NCBI GenBank assembly: GCA_963674945.2
Contig: CAXXWQ010000003.1
Coordinates: 1,280,001-1,344,000 of the forward strand
Direction of reading: 5' to 3'
Source of the DNA: an uncultured Desulfosarcina sp.
Lineage (GTDB): Bacteria; Desulfobacterota; Desulfobacteria; Desulfobacterales; Desulfosarcinaceae
Length of the DNA stretch: 64,000 bases
Position numbers and translations under genes: made by a program. Positions 41,757 to 51,243 of the stretch are shown piece after piece (within the stretch, counting starts at the first letter, position 1; the number at the start of each line of letters is the position of its first letter). The notes under the pieces are model-generated. The model was not told the origin of the DNA. It saw only the letters and a program-made list of their open reading frames with translations, and ran no database searches.

Positions 41757-41892
41757 AGCGTTAAGTTTTAAGTGGTTAAGTTAATGTATTCTGTCTAATT
41801 TATTTGGAATCGACTTCAATTCCTCGCCAACAAATTTATACAAATCGATCCTGATCCTTCCCTTAACACGTAAAACCTTACACCTAACGCTT
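41756..41892. repeat. Degenerate inverted heptamer-array element
   Basis: Ends aagcgtta ... taacgctt; left arm aagcgtt-aagtttt-aagtggtt-aagtt and complementary right arm; AT-rich intergenic region. Confidence 0.55.
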
Positions 41893-41905
41893 CTTTTTGA
41901 TTACC

Positions 41906-42661
41906 ATGTCCGACCAGATTGAACGAGCTGCCACCATATTAGCCAAATCCAAATTCACCGTAGCTTTGACCGGTGCCGGCATTTCCGTGGAGAGTGGTAT
42001 TCCGCCCTTTCGGGGAAAAGGCGGCCTGTGGGAAAGAATCGATCCCATGAAATACGCCCATATCAACGCCTTGCGGGAAGATCCGGGGACGGTGTGGCGG
42101 ATGTTGATCAAAGAGATGAACATGACGCTGGGAAAAGCCCGTCCCAATCCGGCCCACATCGGCCTGATGGACCTGGAAGAGTTAGGCATCCTGCGGTCCA
42201 TCATCACCCAAAACGTGGATGGCCTGCATCAAATGGCCGGAAGCACCGACGTCATCGAGTTTCATGGAACCTTTTCCTGGGTTCGCTGTTTTGCGTGTGA
42301 TCGCCGGACGAGGATTACCGACATCGACCTGACCGAAATTCCACCCCGGTGCCGATGTGGCGGTATATACCGGCCCGATGCCGTCTTCTTCGGTGAAATG
42401 ATCCCGCAAGAGGCGTTGTTTCGCTCCCAACGGGCATCGGGCAACTGTGATGTGATGCTGGTCATCGGCACATCGGCACTGGTCCAGCCTTCGGCCAGCA
42501 TACCGTTCATCGCCAAGGACAATGGCGCCGCCATCATCGAAATCAATCCGGAACCAACACAACTCACCGACGAAATCAGCGATATATCCCTTATGGGTCC
42601 TGCCGGAAGTGTCATGCCCCGCCTGGTACGGTCCGTTCGAAGCCGAATGGCCAGCCGCTGA
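41906..42661 (+). CDS. cobB: NAD-dependent deacylase (sirtuin)
   Basis: LTGAGISVESGIP.FRG, ITQNVDGLHQ, HG, CxxC..CxC, RPDAVFFGE, IGTS. Confidence 0.92.
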   Translation: MSDQIERAATILAKSKFTVALTGAGISVESGIPPFRGKGGLWERIDPMKYAHINALREDPGTVWRMLIKEMNMTLGKARPNPAHIGLMDLEELGILRSIITQNVDGLHQMAGSTDVIEFHGTFSWVRCFACDRRTRITDIDLTEIPPRCRCGGIYRPDAVFFGEMIPQEALFRSQRASGNCDVMLVIGTSALVQPSASIPFIAKDNGAAIIEINPEPTQLTDEISDISLMGPAGSVMPRLVRSVRSRMASR

Positions 42662-42691
42662 CGACAATTCCCCTATGAGAAGACTGCTGCC

Positions 42692-44248
42692 ATGACACCA
42701 AAAGATCAAAACCGTTGGGTCGTACCAATCACCCTGCCCCCCCCCGCCTTGGGCGACAACATCGCCGACGCCGACCGCATCGAAACGGCATTGAAAAGGA
42801 TCCTCGGCACCGAAACCGTGCATATGGACATGGATCTGCTCGCGCATCTTCCTGCGCTTTTACGAAAGTGGAACTTTCAGGCCACTGCCGTCGTTTTCAA
42901 AGAAAATCCGAGTACCGGTGTTCTCATCCACCTGGCCGAACCGGGTACCAGCGTGGCCATGTGCGGCCTGGCCGTGGATCTGGGTACCACCCGTGTGGTG
43001 CTTCGCATCGTCGACCTCGCTTCAGGCGAGCACTGGGACGAGCTGGTGTTCGACAATCCACAGATTGCCGTCGGGCCGGATATATTGGCACGCATCCACC
43101 ACGTGGAAAATCCGGGCGGACTGGAACGGCTCAACGAACTGATCGTTACCGGCATCAACGATCAATTGGGTGTCATGTTCGACAGATGCGGCCTTTCCGC
43201 CGATAATATCCACCTGGTCGCCGTGGCCGGAAACACGGCAATGACCCACCTTCTGCTGGGATTAAATCCCCGTTGGATGATCCGGGAGCCCTATATCCCG
43301 GTGGTGAATCGGCCGGGTTTGATCCGCGCCTCCCGACTGGGATTGTCAGTTCACGCCCATTCCCGGGTCCAGGTGTTTCCCAATGTGGGAAGCTACTTCG
43401 GCGGTGATCTGATCGCCGGCATCCTGTACTGCGACATGGACAATCGGGAGGATACGGCCATTCTGGTGGATGTCGGCACCAATGCGGAAGTGGTACTGGG
43501 AAACAGCAGTTGGATGATGGCCTGCGCCGGCGCCGCAGGACCGGCTCTGGAGGGAGGCGTCACCCGTATGGGGACCACCGCAGGCCCCGGTGTCATCGAC
43601 CGCGTCGGGATCCATCCTGCAACGCGTGCGTTCATGATCCACACCATCGACGACCGGCCCGCCAGGGGTATCTGCGGGTCCGGCGTCATCGACCTGGCCG
43701 CCGCCCTGTTCCAGCTGTCCATGATCGATATCCGGGGAAAGCTCATCCCCGAACACTGCGGCGAACGCTATCGCAAAGAAAACGGCTTGGGGAAGGTGGT
43801 CATCGTTCCCGCAGATCAATCCGCCAGCGGCCGGGATCTCTGCATCACCCAGGCAGACCTGGACAGCCTGATCCGGTCCAAGGCGGCCATGTACACGATT
43901 CTGGAGACCATCACCGACAGCGTCGGAATGACGCCCAACCAGATCGAAACTTTCTTCGTCGCCGGCACCTTCGGCGCCTATATCGATCCTGCTTCGGCCA
44001 TTACCATCGGCATGATCCCCGATCTTCCCCGTTCCCGCTACCGGAGTTTGGGAAACAGCAGCCTGGGCGGTGCCACGCGTGTGCTGGTGGACAGAACAAG
44101 CTACGATCGAATCGATACCATCCGCAACGGCATTACGTATATGGAATTAAATGTCAATCAGGAGTTCATGAACCGCTTCTCCGCGGCCAAGTTCCTTCCC
44201 CATACGGACACGACCCGGTTCCCTTCCGTGACGGTCCCGTCACTGTGA
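42692..44248 (+). CDS. ASKHA-domain corrinoid reactivation protein (RACo/DUF4445 family) lacking the N-terminal 2Fe-2S domain
   Basis: AVDLGTT, NPQ..GPDILARI, FGGDLIAG, VDVGTNAE, AAGPALEG, GICGSG, AGTFG, LGNSSL. Confidence 0.88.
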   Translation: MTPKDQNRWVVPITLPPPALGDNIADADRIETALKRILGTETVHMDMDLLAHLPALLRKWNFQATAVVFKENPSTGVLIHLAEPGTSVAMCGLAVDLGTTRVVLRIVDLASGEHWDELVFDNPQIAVGPDILARIHHVENPGGLERLNELIVTGINDQLGVMFDRCGLSADNIHLVAVAGNTAMTHLLLGLNPRWMIREPYIPVVNRPGLIRASRLGLSVHAHSRVQVFPNVGSYFGGDLIAGILYCDMDNREDTAILVDVGTNAEVVLGNSSWMMACAGAAGPALEGGVTRMGTTAGPGVIDRVGIHPATRAFMIHTIDDRPARGICGSGVIDLAAALFQLSMIDIRGKLIPEHCGERYRKENGLGKVVIVPADQSASGRDLCITQADLDSLIRSKAAMYTILETITDSVGMTPNQIETFFVAGTFGAYIDPASAITIGMIPDLPRSRYRSLGNSSLGGATRVLVDRTSYDRIDTIRNGITYMELNVNQEFMNRFSAAKFLPHTDTTRFPSVTVPSL

Positions 44249-44431
44249 TGGCAGCGCCTTGATCGCGTCATCCGGACAATTCCTCTTTTTCTCTTTTCTT
44301 TTTATTTCTTTTCAACGGGTTATCCCATGATTAAATAAAACCTTGAAAGCTTTTGTGCATTATGATAGTCGAAGTTCTGTTTTTTTCACCTACATATCTA
44401 TCAACCCAACTCCAAGAAGGATCGAGACCAC

Positions 44432-44878
44432 ATGACGTCGAAAAGACAGTTGCTGTTTGCATACGGTCTGGCAATCCACCTGTTGCTTGTCGGTATCATC
44501 TGCTATGCGGCCTTCCCTGTCCAGGCACCCGACGAACCTTTACGGATCATGTATCAGACCAATGCCGGAAAAGTCCTTTTTGACCACCACACACACACTG
44601 CTGCATCCGGGTATGGCGTGAGTTGCTTCGACTGCCACCATCACCCCAGCGATGACGACAGCGCATTAATCGGATGTGGGGAGTGTCACCAGGCGCCGGC
44701 TGAAGAAGGGTCCCAACCAGAAGTATGCCTGGACTGCCACGATGAAACGGATATTGAAGATACCGAAATGTCATCGCGGGCAGACGCATTCCACTCCCAG
44801 TGTACGGAGTGCCATGAGCAGTTCGAGAAAGGACCGCAGTCCGGATCCGATAACTGTTCCAAATGTCACGTGCTGTAA
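44432..44878 (+). CDS. Cytochrome c3-family multiheme protein with N-terminal membrane anchor/signal
   Basis: VLFDH..H and five CxxCH motifs (CFDCH, CGECH, CLDCH, CTECH, CSKCH); first gene of the rnf cluster. Confidence 0.88.
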   Translation: MTSKRQLLFAYGLAIHLLLVGIICYAAFPVQAPDEPLRIMYQTNAGKVLFDHHTHTAASGYGVSCFDCHHHPSDDDSALIGCGECHQAPAEEGSQPEVCLDCHDETDIEDTEMSSRADAFHSQCTECHEQFEKGPQSGSDNCSKCHVL

Positions 44879-44952
44879 TCGAAGCGGCTTTCGTCTGGGT
44901 TCTGCTTCGGCGTTTTCAATTTTTACCGCGGCCCTAATAATAAGGTTGAGCT

Positions 44953-46236
44953 ATGCGAAAACGATCATTCTTCGGTCTGTCCAAACCAAGTTTTCATTAC
45001 GAACTGGCAACGGATACCGCCGGCACACCGGTGGCCATTGCCACTCCGAAAACCGTCACCCTTTACATCAAGAAGGAATTGAAGCGATCCAGCAGCAGCC
45101 TGAAGGTGGGTACACCGGTAAAAACCGGGCAACGACTGGTACTCGAAGATGGTGACGCCATCTATGCGATCTCATCGGTAACCGGCACCGTAACTTCCGT
45201 TTCTCCGTTTATGGCTGACTATGGGAAAAAATGGACGGCCGTCACCATCGAAACGGAAAGTGATGAGACAACGGATTCCGAGTTCTCATCTTTCTCGGAA
45301 GACCCAACGCTGGAGACCCTGAATCGTTTTCTGGTTGCCTGCCCCGGTGAACCGGAAATCAAGCCTCTCTTGGACGAACGCAATCCAGTGCAAACCATCG
45401 TCATCTATGGCGGCAATGGGGATCTTCTCATAGATACCGGTTTACATGTTCTCAAGACCAATGCAGAGAACGTCAACAAGGGTATCGAAATATTGAGAAA
45501 TGCGACGGGAATCGAAGACATCGTCATCGCCGTCCCGGAAGAGAGCGTTCAGAATTACTCGGGACATTTGGACGCCCGGCTCCAGCCGTTTTCTTCTCAG
45601 TATCCATACGCCCAGCCGCTTATGGTCCTGTTCAATCTGACGGGCCGGCTACCCAGCGAACGGGGAATGGCCGCCATGGGAACTCATTTTATCCGTGTCG
45701 AAGCGGTGGCCACCATCGGCAAGGCGTTTTCCACAAAAACACTGCCAGTGGAAAAAAGCATCGCCGTCATCGACAAGAAGGGAGACAAACACCTGGCCTG
45801 TGCCCGCATCGGAACACCGGTGGGAACGTTGCTCAAAACCTTCGGCATCGAGGTCAACGATCAGGACAAGATCATCTTCGGCGGCCCCATGACCGGCAGT
45901 GCCATCTACAGTGAAGAACTGCCCATCTGTGCGGACACCGATGCCATCATGGTTCAGGACAGGAGTGTTATCCCGCTTTACAGTGATTATCCGTGCATCA
46001 ACTGCGGCGACTGCGTGCAAATCTGTCCTGCCAACGTGCCGGTAAACTTGCTTGTTCGCTTCCTCGAAGCCGGCCAATATGCAGAAGGCGCGGATCTGTA
46101 TGACCTTTACTCATGCATCGAGTGCGGACTGTGCAGTTACGTCTGTGTATCGCGCATCCCCATTTTTCAGTATATCAAGCTGGCAAAATACGAATTGGGT
46201 CGGATCTCATCAGCGGAGGAGATGAATGAAGAGTAA
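44953..46236 (+). CDS. rnfC: RnfC-like subunit with degenerate flavin/NADH-binding region
   Basis: ISSVTGTV, SLBB RIGTPV..GGPMTG, two 4Fe-4S motifs CINCGDCVQICP and CIECGLCSYVC; operon position. Confidence 0.82.
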   Translation: MRKRSFFGLSKPSFHYELATDTAGTPVAIATPKTVTLYIKKELKRSSSSLKVGTPVKTGQRLVLEDGDAIYAISSVTGTVTSVSPFMADYGKKWTAVTIETESDETTDSEFSSFSEDPTLETLNRFLVACPGEPEIKPLLDERNPVQTIVIYGGNGDLLIDTGLHVLKTNAENVNKGIEILRNATGIEDIVIAVPEESVQNYSGHLDARLQPFSSQYPYAQPLMVLFNLTGRLPSERGMAAMGTHFIRVEAVATIGKAFSTKTLPVEKSIAVIDKKGDKHLACARIGTPVGTLLKTFGIEVNDQDKIIFGGPMTGSAIYSEELPICADTDAIMVQDRSVIPLYSDYPCINCGDCVQICPANVPVNLLVRFLEAGQYAEGADLYDLYSCIECGLCSYVCVSRIPIFQYIKLAKYELGRISSAEEMNEE

Positions 46237-47188
46237 GAAAACGCTAATCGTATCCCACGCACCGTTTTGGCATGACGGCAGCGGGATTCCCGAGCGAAGT
46301 TATCACACCATCATCGCCGCCCTTCCCGCTGCGATCGTGGGAATTGCCCATTACGGCGCACCGGCTTTGGGTGTCATCAGTCTGGCCATGGCGTCGGCAA
46401 TCGGGTGGGAGCTTTTGTTCAACTACGTCAGCAAACAACCTTACACCGTGGGCAACGGCAACGCCGCCATGATCGGGTTGCTGCTCGCCATGGTGCTGCC
46501 CGCATCGGCACCCTGGTGGTTGGTCATCCTGGGTACATTCTTGGCCATCGTCATCGGCATGCAGATCTTCGGCGGCATCGGCGCCAATCCGTTCAACCCG
46601 GTGGTACTTGCCGTCGCCATCCTCATGGTCTCCTACGAGACGCATCTCGACTTCGATGCCGGTCTGGTCAATTTCTCCCTCGACTTTCCCATGTCAACCT
46701 ATCCATTAGGGGCTCTGAAAGCCTTCGGCCCCGGCGCCATCGAACATCTTCGGTCTACAGATCTGCTCATGGGTCTCCAGGTAGGTGGACTGGGCAGCGG
46801 TTGCGGCCTGGCCATTGTCATCGGTGGCATCTACCTGATTCTTCGGGGGATCATTCGGTGGGAAATCAGCGTCTCCTTCATCGTGGGCATCTTCGTCAGT
46901 GCCATGCTTTTCAACCTTGCCGATCCGATCCGGTATGCATCTCCGATGTTTCATCTTTTATCCGGTTACACGCTGATCGGTGCCTTTTTTCTGGCCACCG
47001 AGTCCTCATCTTCGCCGGTCAACGTCATCCCCATGTTCCTGTACGGCGCCCTGGGCGGCATCATGACCGTCCTGATCCGCAACATCGGCGTATGGGTGGA
47101 CGGCGTGATCTTCGCAATTCTTCTGATCAATCTGATAAATCCGCTGGTCGACAAGATCAGACCCAAGGCGATTGGAAAGGTAGCGTAA
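46226..47188 (+). CDS. rnfD: RnfD-like membrane subunit
   Basis: QIFGGIGANPFNP, GAFFLATE..SSP, DGVIFAILLIN..PLVD. Confidence 0.88.
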   Translation: MKSKKTLIVSHAPFWHDGSGIPERSYHTIIAALPAAIVGIAHYGAPALGVISLAMASAIGWELLFNYVSKQPYTVGNGNAAMIGLLLAMVLPASAPWWLVILGTFLAIVIGMQIFGGIGANPFNPVVLAVAILMVSYETHLDFDAGLVNFSLDFPMSTYPLGALKAFGPGAIEHLRSTDLLMGLQVGGLGSGCGLAIVIGGIYLILRGIIRWEISVSFIVGIFVSAMLFNLADPIRYASPMFHLLSGYTLIGAFFLATESSSSPVNVIPMFLYGALGGIMTVLIRNIGVWVDGVIFAILLINLINPLVDKIRPKAIGKVA

Positions 47189-47189
47189 A

Positions 47190-47783
47190 ATGGGTGAAAT
47201 GATCAAAATGGTCCTCGTTCTGACCGTCCTGAGCGTTGTATCGGGCGGCAGTCTCTCCTGGTTGAAAGACTTTACTGAACCCAAAATCGAAAATCAGGTA
47301 ATGAATCTGGTCAAAGGACCCGCGATCCGAAACATGCTCTCAGAAGCGGATAACGATCCAGTGGAAGACAGATTCAAGGTCACCGACGGTGACGTGGAGC
47401 GCAACGTCTTCGTGGGCGTGTTCGGTGGCAACGCCGACACGGTGGTGATGGAGTCAGAAGCCAATGGATTTGCCGACAAGGTGGGGCTGGTTGTGGCCAT
47501 CAACACGTCCAATGACACCCTGCGCGGCGTCGCTGTGACGACGAGCAAGGAGACCCCCGGTCTTGGCGCCAGGGCCAAGGACGACCCAAGCTTCGCCGCC
47601 CAGTTTGCGGGGAAAGAGATCGCCACCCCCTTCGGCGTCACCAAGGACGGCGGCCAGATCAGTGCCTTGAGCGGCGCCACGATCACCTCTCGGGCCGTCT
47701 GCACCGGAGTCAACGCGGCCATCAAGTCGTACAATCGGTTAAAACCGCAACTGGAAGAACAAATCAAAGGCATGGGCAAATAG
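47190..47783 (+). CDS. rnfG: RnfG subunit
   Basis: N-terminal TM segment, ETPGLG, FMN-attachment motif SGATITS. Confidence 0.92.
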   Translation: MGEMIKMVLVLTVLSVVSGGSLSWLKDFTEPKIENQVMNLVKGPAIRNMLSEADNDPVEDRFKVTDGDVERNVFVGVFGGNADTVVMESEANGFADKVGLVVAINTSNDTLRGVAVTTSKETPGLGARAKDDPSFAAQFAGKEIATPFGVTKDGGQISALSGATITSRAVCTGVNAAIKSYNRLKPQLEEQIKGMGK

Positions 47784-47796
47784 AGGAGTTACCGCA

Positions 47797-48420
47797 ATGG
47801 CAAAATCGTTCGTTCAGGAATTTACCAAGGGACTCTGGAAAGAGGTACCGCCGTTTCGGCTGGTCCTCGGTCTCTGTCCGACACTGGGTGTGACAACATC
47901 ACTAAAAAATGGCATCGGCATGGGCCTGGCCACGACTTTCGTCTTGCTCTGTTCTAACATTCTGGTCAGCCTTTTGCGGAAGGTGATTCCCGCCAAGGTA
48001 CGCATCGCCTGCTACATCATTATCATCGCCACCTTCGTCATCGTGGTCGAACAGGTGATGGCGGCCTTCGCCTATACCCTCTTTTTGGATTTGGGCGTGT
48101 TCATCCCGCTGATCGTGGTCAACTGTATCGTTTTGGGTCGCGCCGAGGCATTTGCCTCCAAAAACGGTATTTTCAAGTCTACCGCCGATGGTCTGGGCAT
48201 CGGACTTGGATTCACCTGGGCCCTGGGGCTGCTGGGCGCCGTACGTGAACTCATCGGCACCGGTTCCCTCAAGGGCGACGTCTTCGGTCTGATCCACTGG
48301 AATATTCAGGACATCTTCGGCGCCGGATTCGAGCCTTTTGCATTTGCCGTGCAGGCGCCGGGTGCCTTCGTTCTTCTTGGATTGCTGCTTTGTGCCATGA
48401 ACATGATCCCCAGTAAATAG
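47797..48420 (+). CDS. rnfE: RnfE subunit
   Basis: LGLCPTL, FIPLIVVNCIVLGRAEAFA, PGAF. Confidence 0.93.
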   Translation: MAKSFVQEFTKGLWKEVPPFRLVLGLCPTLGVTTSLKNGIGMGLATTFVLLCSNILVSLLRKVIPAKVRIACYIIIIATFVIVVEQVMAAFAYTLFLDLGVFIPLIVVNCIVLGRAEAFASKNGIFKSTADGLGIGLGFTWALGLLGAVRELIGTGSLKGDVFGLIHWNIQDIFGAGFEPFAFAVQAPGAFVLLGLLLCAMNMIPSK

Positions 48421-48439
48421 CGGAAGGGAAGCAATACAC

Positions 48440-49012
48440 ATGGAATATATCGAAATCATCATCGCTACCATTTTCGTTAATAACATACTGCTGGCACAGT
48501 TTCTGGGGAACTGCCCTTTTCTGGGAACTTCCAAAAAGATGGAAACTGCGGTGGGCATGGCCATGGCCGTCATCTTCGTTCTGGTCATGGCCGGCGCGAT
48601 CACCTGGCTCATCTACGCCTATCTGCTGGTACCGTTTAAACTTGTCTACCTGCGCACCATTGCCTTCATCCTGGTCATCGCAGCCCTGGTACAGTTCGTG
48701 GAGATGTTCCTGAAAAAAAGCATACCGGCCCTCTATGCCGGCCTTGGCATCTTCCTCCCCTTGATCACCACCAACTGTGCGGTCTTTGGCGTGTGTGTGC
48801 TTAACATCGACAAGGAACTCGATTTCATGCCGGCCCTGGTGACTTCCTTCGGATATGCCGCCGGTTTCGGTCTCGCCCTGATTTTCTTCGCCGGACTGCG
48901 GGAACGAATCCTCTTGGCACGGGTTCCCAAGCCGCTGCAGGACACTTCCATCGCCCTGATCACAGCCGGTATGGTGTCACTGAGTTTCTATGCCTTCCGG
49001 GGAATGGTATAA
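48440..49012 (+). CDS. rnfA: RnfA subunit
   Basis: VNNILLAQFLGNCPFLG, LGIFLPLITTNCAV, GLRER. Confidence 0.93.
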   Translation: MEYIEIIIATIFVNNILLAQFLGNCPFLGTSKKMETAVGMAMAVIFVLVMAGAITWLIYAYLLVPFKLVYLRTIAFILVIAALVQFVEMFLKKSIPALYAGLGIFLPLITTNCAVFGVCVLNIDKELDFMPALVTSFGYAAGFGLALIFFAGLRERILLARVPKPLQDTSIALITAGMVSLSFYAFRGMV

Positions 49013-49051
49013 ACGGGTGTCCTGGCGCCTATCGGGAGAGACGATAAACAC

Positions 49052-49097
49052 CGAAAAAAACCGTTTGGAGCGCTTGGGTTCCAAGCGGTTTTTTTCG
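49052..49097. terminator. Intrinsic-terminator-like hairpin between rnfA and rnfB
   Basis: cgcttgg-gtt-ccaagcg followed by g and T7; the right arm can alternatively pair with upstream cgaaaaaaaccgtttgga. Confidence 0.65.
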
Positions 49098-49125
49098 TTT
49101 TGATTTTGATTCAAGGAGGTTTTCC

Positions 49126-51201
49126 GTGACCATCGCGATTCTTGTCATGCTAGGCATCGGCGCAACCTGCGGCATCATCCTCAGCGTTGCCTCCAAGATC
49201 TTTTATGTCTATGAAGACCCGCGTATTGCCGAGGTGGAGTACTTTCTGGCCGGCGCCAATTGCGGAGGCTGCGGCTTCGCCGGATGCAGTGCAGCCGCCG
49301 TGGCCATCGTCGAGGGCAAGGCGGCCCCAAACATCTGCGTGGCCGCCGATTCCGATGCGGCCATCAACATCGCCGGCGTTATGGGTGTGGACCCGGGAAC
49401 GGCCGAACCCAATAAATCCCTTAACTCCTGCTCCGGCGGCGACCGCGCCGAAGACAAATTCATCTACAACGGCGCCATGACTTGCGCCGCCATGGCCACC
49501 TTGTACGGTGGCAAGCGGGTCTGTTCCATCGGCTGCATGGGTATGGGAGATTGCATCGCGTCTTGTCAATTCGACGCCATTCACATGGGACCCCACGGAT
49601 TTCCCGTGGTGGACGAGTTCAAATGCGTGGGCTGCGGTGCCTGTGAAGCGGCTTGCCCCAAGGGACTCATCTCCGTCAAAACCATGAGCCAACGGCTTCT
49701 GGTCTTCAACGAGGAAGACCAGGCCCTGGCCCCCTGCCAGCAGACATGTCCTGCGGAAATCGACATTCCCAAGTATATCCGTCTGATTAAAGAAGGCGAC
49801 TATGAAGGAGCCGTGAATACGATCCGTGAACGCAATCCGCTCCTGCTCAGTTGTGGCCGGGTCTGCCCCCACCCCTGCGAGGACTACTGCCGGCGTGGAA
49901 TCGAAGACGAACCGGTCTCCATCAACCAGTTAAAACGGTTCGTCGCCGACTATGAAATGAACAGCGGAAGGCGGTTTCCCATCGCCTGCGCACCGGACAC
50001 GGGCAAACGGGTGGCCGTTATCGGCGGTGGTCCTGCCGGTGTGAGCTGCGCCTACTTTTTGCGCCGTCTGGGACACCATCCCACCATCTACGAAAATATG
50101 TCCAAACTCGGTGGCATCACCCGCTACGGTATCCCCGAGTATCGCCTGCCGGACAAAGTGCTGGACTGGGAAATCGAGGGTATCTTGAACCTGGGCATCG
50201 ACGTTCACTACAACACCCAACTGGGAAGGGATTTTACCATTCAATCCCTCCGCGACGAGGGGTATGAGGCCATCTTCATGGGAATAGGTGCATGGAAAGA
50301 CTATACCCTGGGCATCGAAGGCGAGGAACTGGACGGGGTCACACAGGGGATCAAGTTTCTCTCTTCCGTCGCCGACTCTCCCGACAAAAGGGTCCCCATC
50401 GGAAAAAGGGCGGCGGTTGTCGGCGGTGGAAACTCGGCCATCGACTGCGTTCGCACCCTCTTGCGCCTCGGCTGTGAAGAGGTCTGGATCGTCTATCGAC
50501 GGACCCGTAAGGAGATGCCTGCCAACGAAGTGGAAATCGTCGCCGCCGAGCACGAAGGCATCAAGTTTCAGTTCCTGGCCGCCCCCACAAAGGTTATCGG
50601 AGACGAGAACGGAAAGGTCATCGGACTGGAATACCTGCAGATGGAGCTGGGTGAACCCGATGCCAGCGGCAGGCGCCGGCCGGTTCCCATCGAAGGCTCG
50701 GAGACGGTCCTTGACGTGGACATGGTGATCTCGGCCATCAGCCAGCAAGCAAATCTATCCTTCATGGAAAAGGAGCCGGAAAAAGAGAATATCGCCATCA
50801 CCCGCTGGAACACCTTCGACAACGACCCCGAGGTTCTCCAATGCAGTGTCCCCTACCTGTTCACCGGCGGTGACGTGGCAACCGGTCCTTCCCTGGTGGT
50901 GTCAGCCATCGGCGCAGGGCGTCGGGCGGCCCGCAGCATTCACCAGTATATCGCCGGCGAGGAGGTCAAGGGTTCTCCCAAATCGCTTCACAAGCGACAC
51001 ATTTTCGAGTCCTTGTTCGATTCCGTCCCCGGTGTGGTCAAATCCAAGCGGACGCCCATGCCCGAACTTCCCGTAAAGGATCGCATCCACAGCATGGTCG
51101 AGGTGGACCAGGTGATCAGCGAATCCGACGCCAAACACGAGTCCGGTCGTTGTCTCAACTGCTGCCGGGTCTGTTATAACCCCGATCAAAAGGTCGCGTA
51201 A
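49126..51201 (+). CDS. rnfB: RnfB fused to a GltD/NfnB-like FAD- and NAD(P)-binding Fe-S oxidoreductase
   Basis: N-terminal LAGANCGGCGFAGC and ferredoxin motifs; then APCQQTCP, NPL..CGRVCPHPCE..C, IGGGPAG, RYGIPEYRLP, VVGGGNSAIDC, YRRTRKEMPA. Confidence 0.9.
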   Translation: MTIAILVMLGIGATCGIILSVASKIFYVYEDPRIAEVEYFLAGANCGGCGFAGCSAAAVAIVEGKAAPNICVAADSDAAINIAGVMGVDPGTAEPNKSLNSCSGGDRAEDKFIYNGAMTCAAMATLYGGKRVCSIGCMGMGDCIASCQFDAIHMGPHGFPVVDEFKCVGCGACEAACPKGLISVKTMSQRLLVFNEEDQALAPCQQTCPAEIDIPKYIRLIKEGDYEGAVNTIRERNPLLLSCGRVCPHPCEDYCRRGIEDEPVSINQLKRFVADYEMNSGRRFPIACAPDTGKRVAVIGGGPAGVSCAYFLRRLGHHPTIYENMSKLGGITRYGIPEYRLPDKVLDWEIEGILNLGIDVHYNTQLGRDFTIQSLRDEGYEAIFMGIGAWKDYTLGIEGEELDGVTQGIKFLSSVADSPDKRVPIGKRAAVVGGGNSAIDCVRTLLRLGCEEVWIVYRRTRKEMPANEVEIVAAEHEGIKFQFLAAPTKVIGDENGKVIGLEYLQMELGEPDASGRRRPVPIEGSETVLDVDMVISAISQQANLSFMEKEPEKENIAITRWNTFDNDPEVLQCSVPYLFTGGDVATGPSLVVSAIGAGRRAARSIHQYIAGEEVKGSPKSLHKRHIFESLFDSVPGVVKSKRTPMPELPVKDRIHSMVEVDQVISESDAKHESGRCLNCCRVCYNPDQKVA

Positions 51202-51243
51202 AAATCACCGGCCACACGCTCTGCGTGTGGCCGGTGATTTTTA
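51199..51243. terminator. Bidirectional intrinsic terminator between convergent rnfB and helicase
   Basis: Perfect stem taaaaatcaccggccacacgc-tct-gcgtgtggccggtgattttta with A/T tails on both sides. Confidence 0.88.

Noticed and set aside
42737..42745. C9 tract near the start of the RACo gene as a frameshift
   Set aside because: The frame is intact (LPPPAL) and fits the Pro-rich linker expected there.
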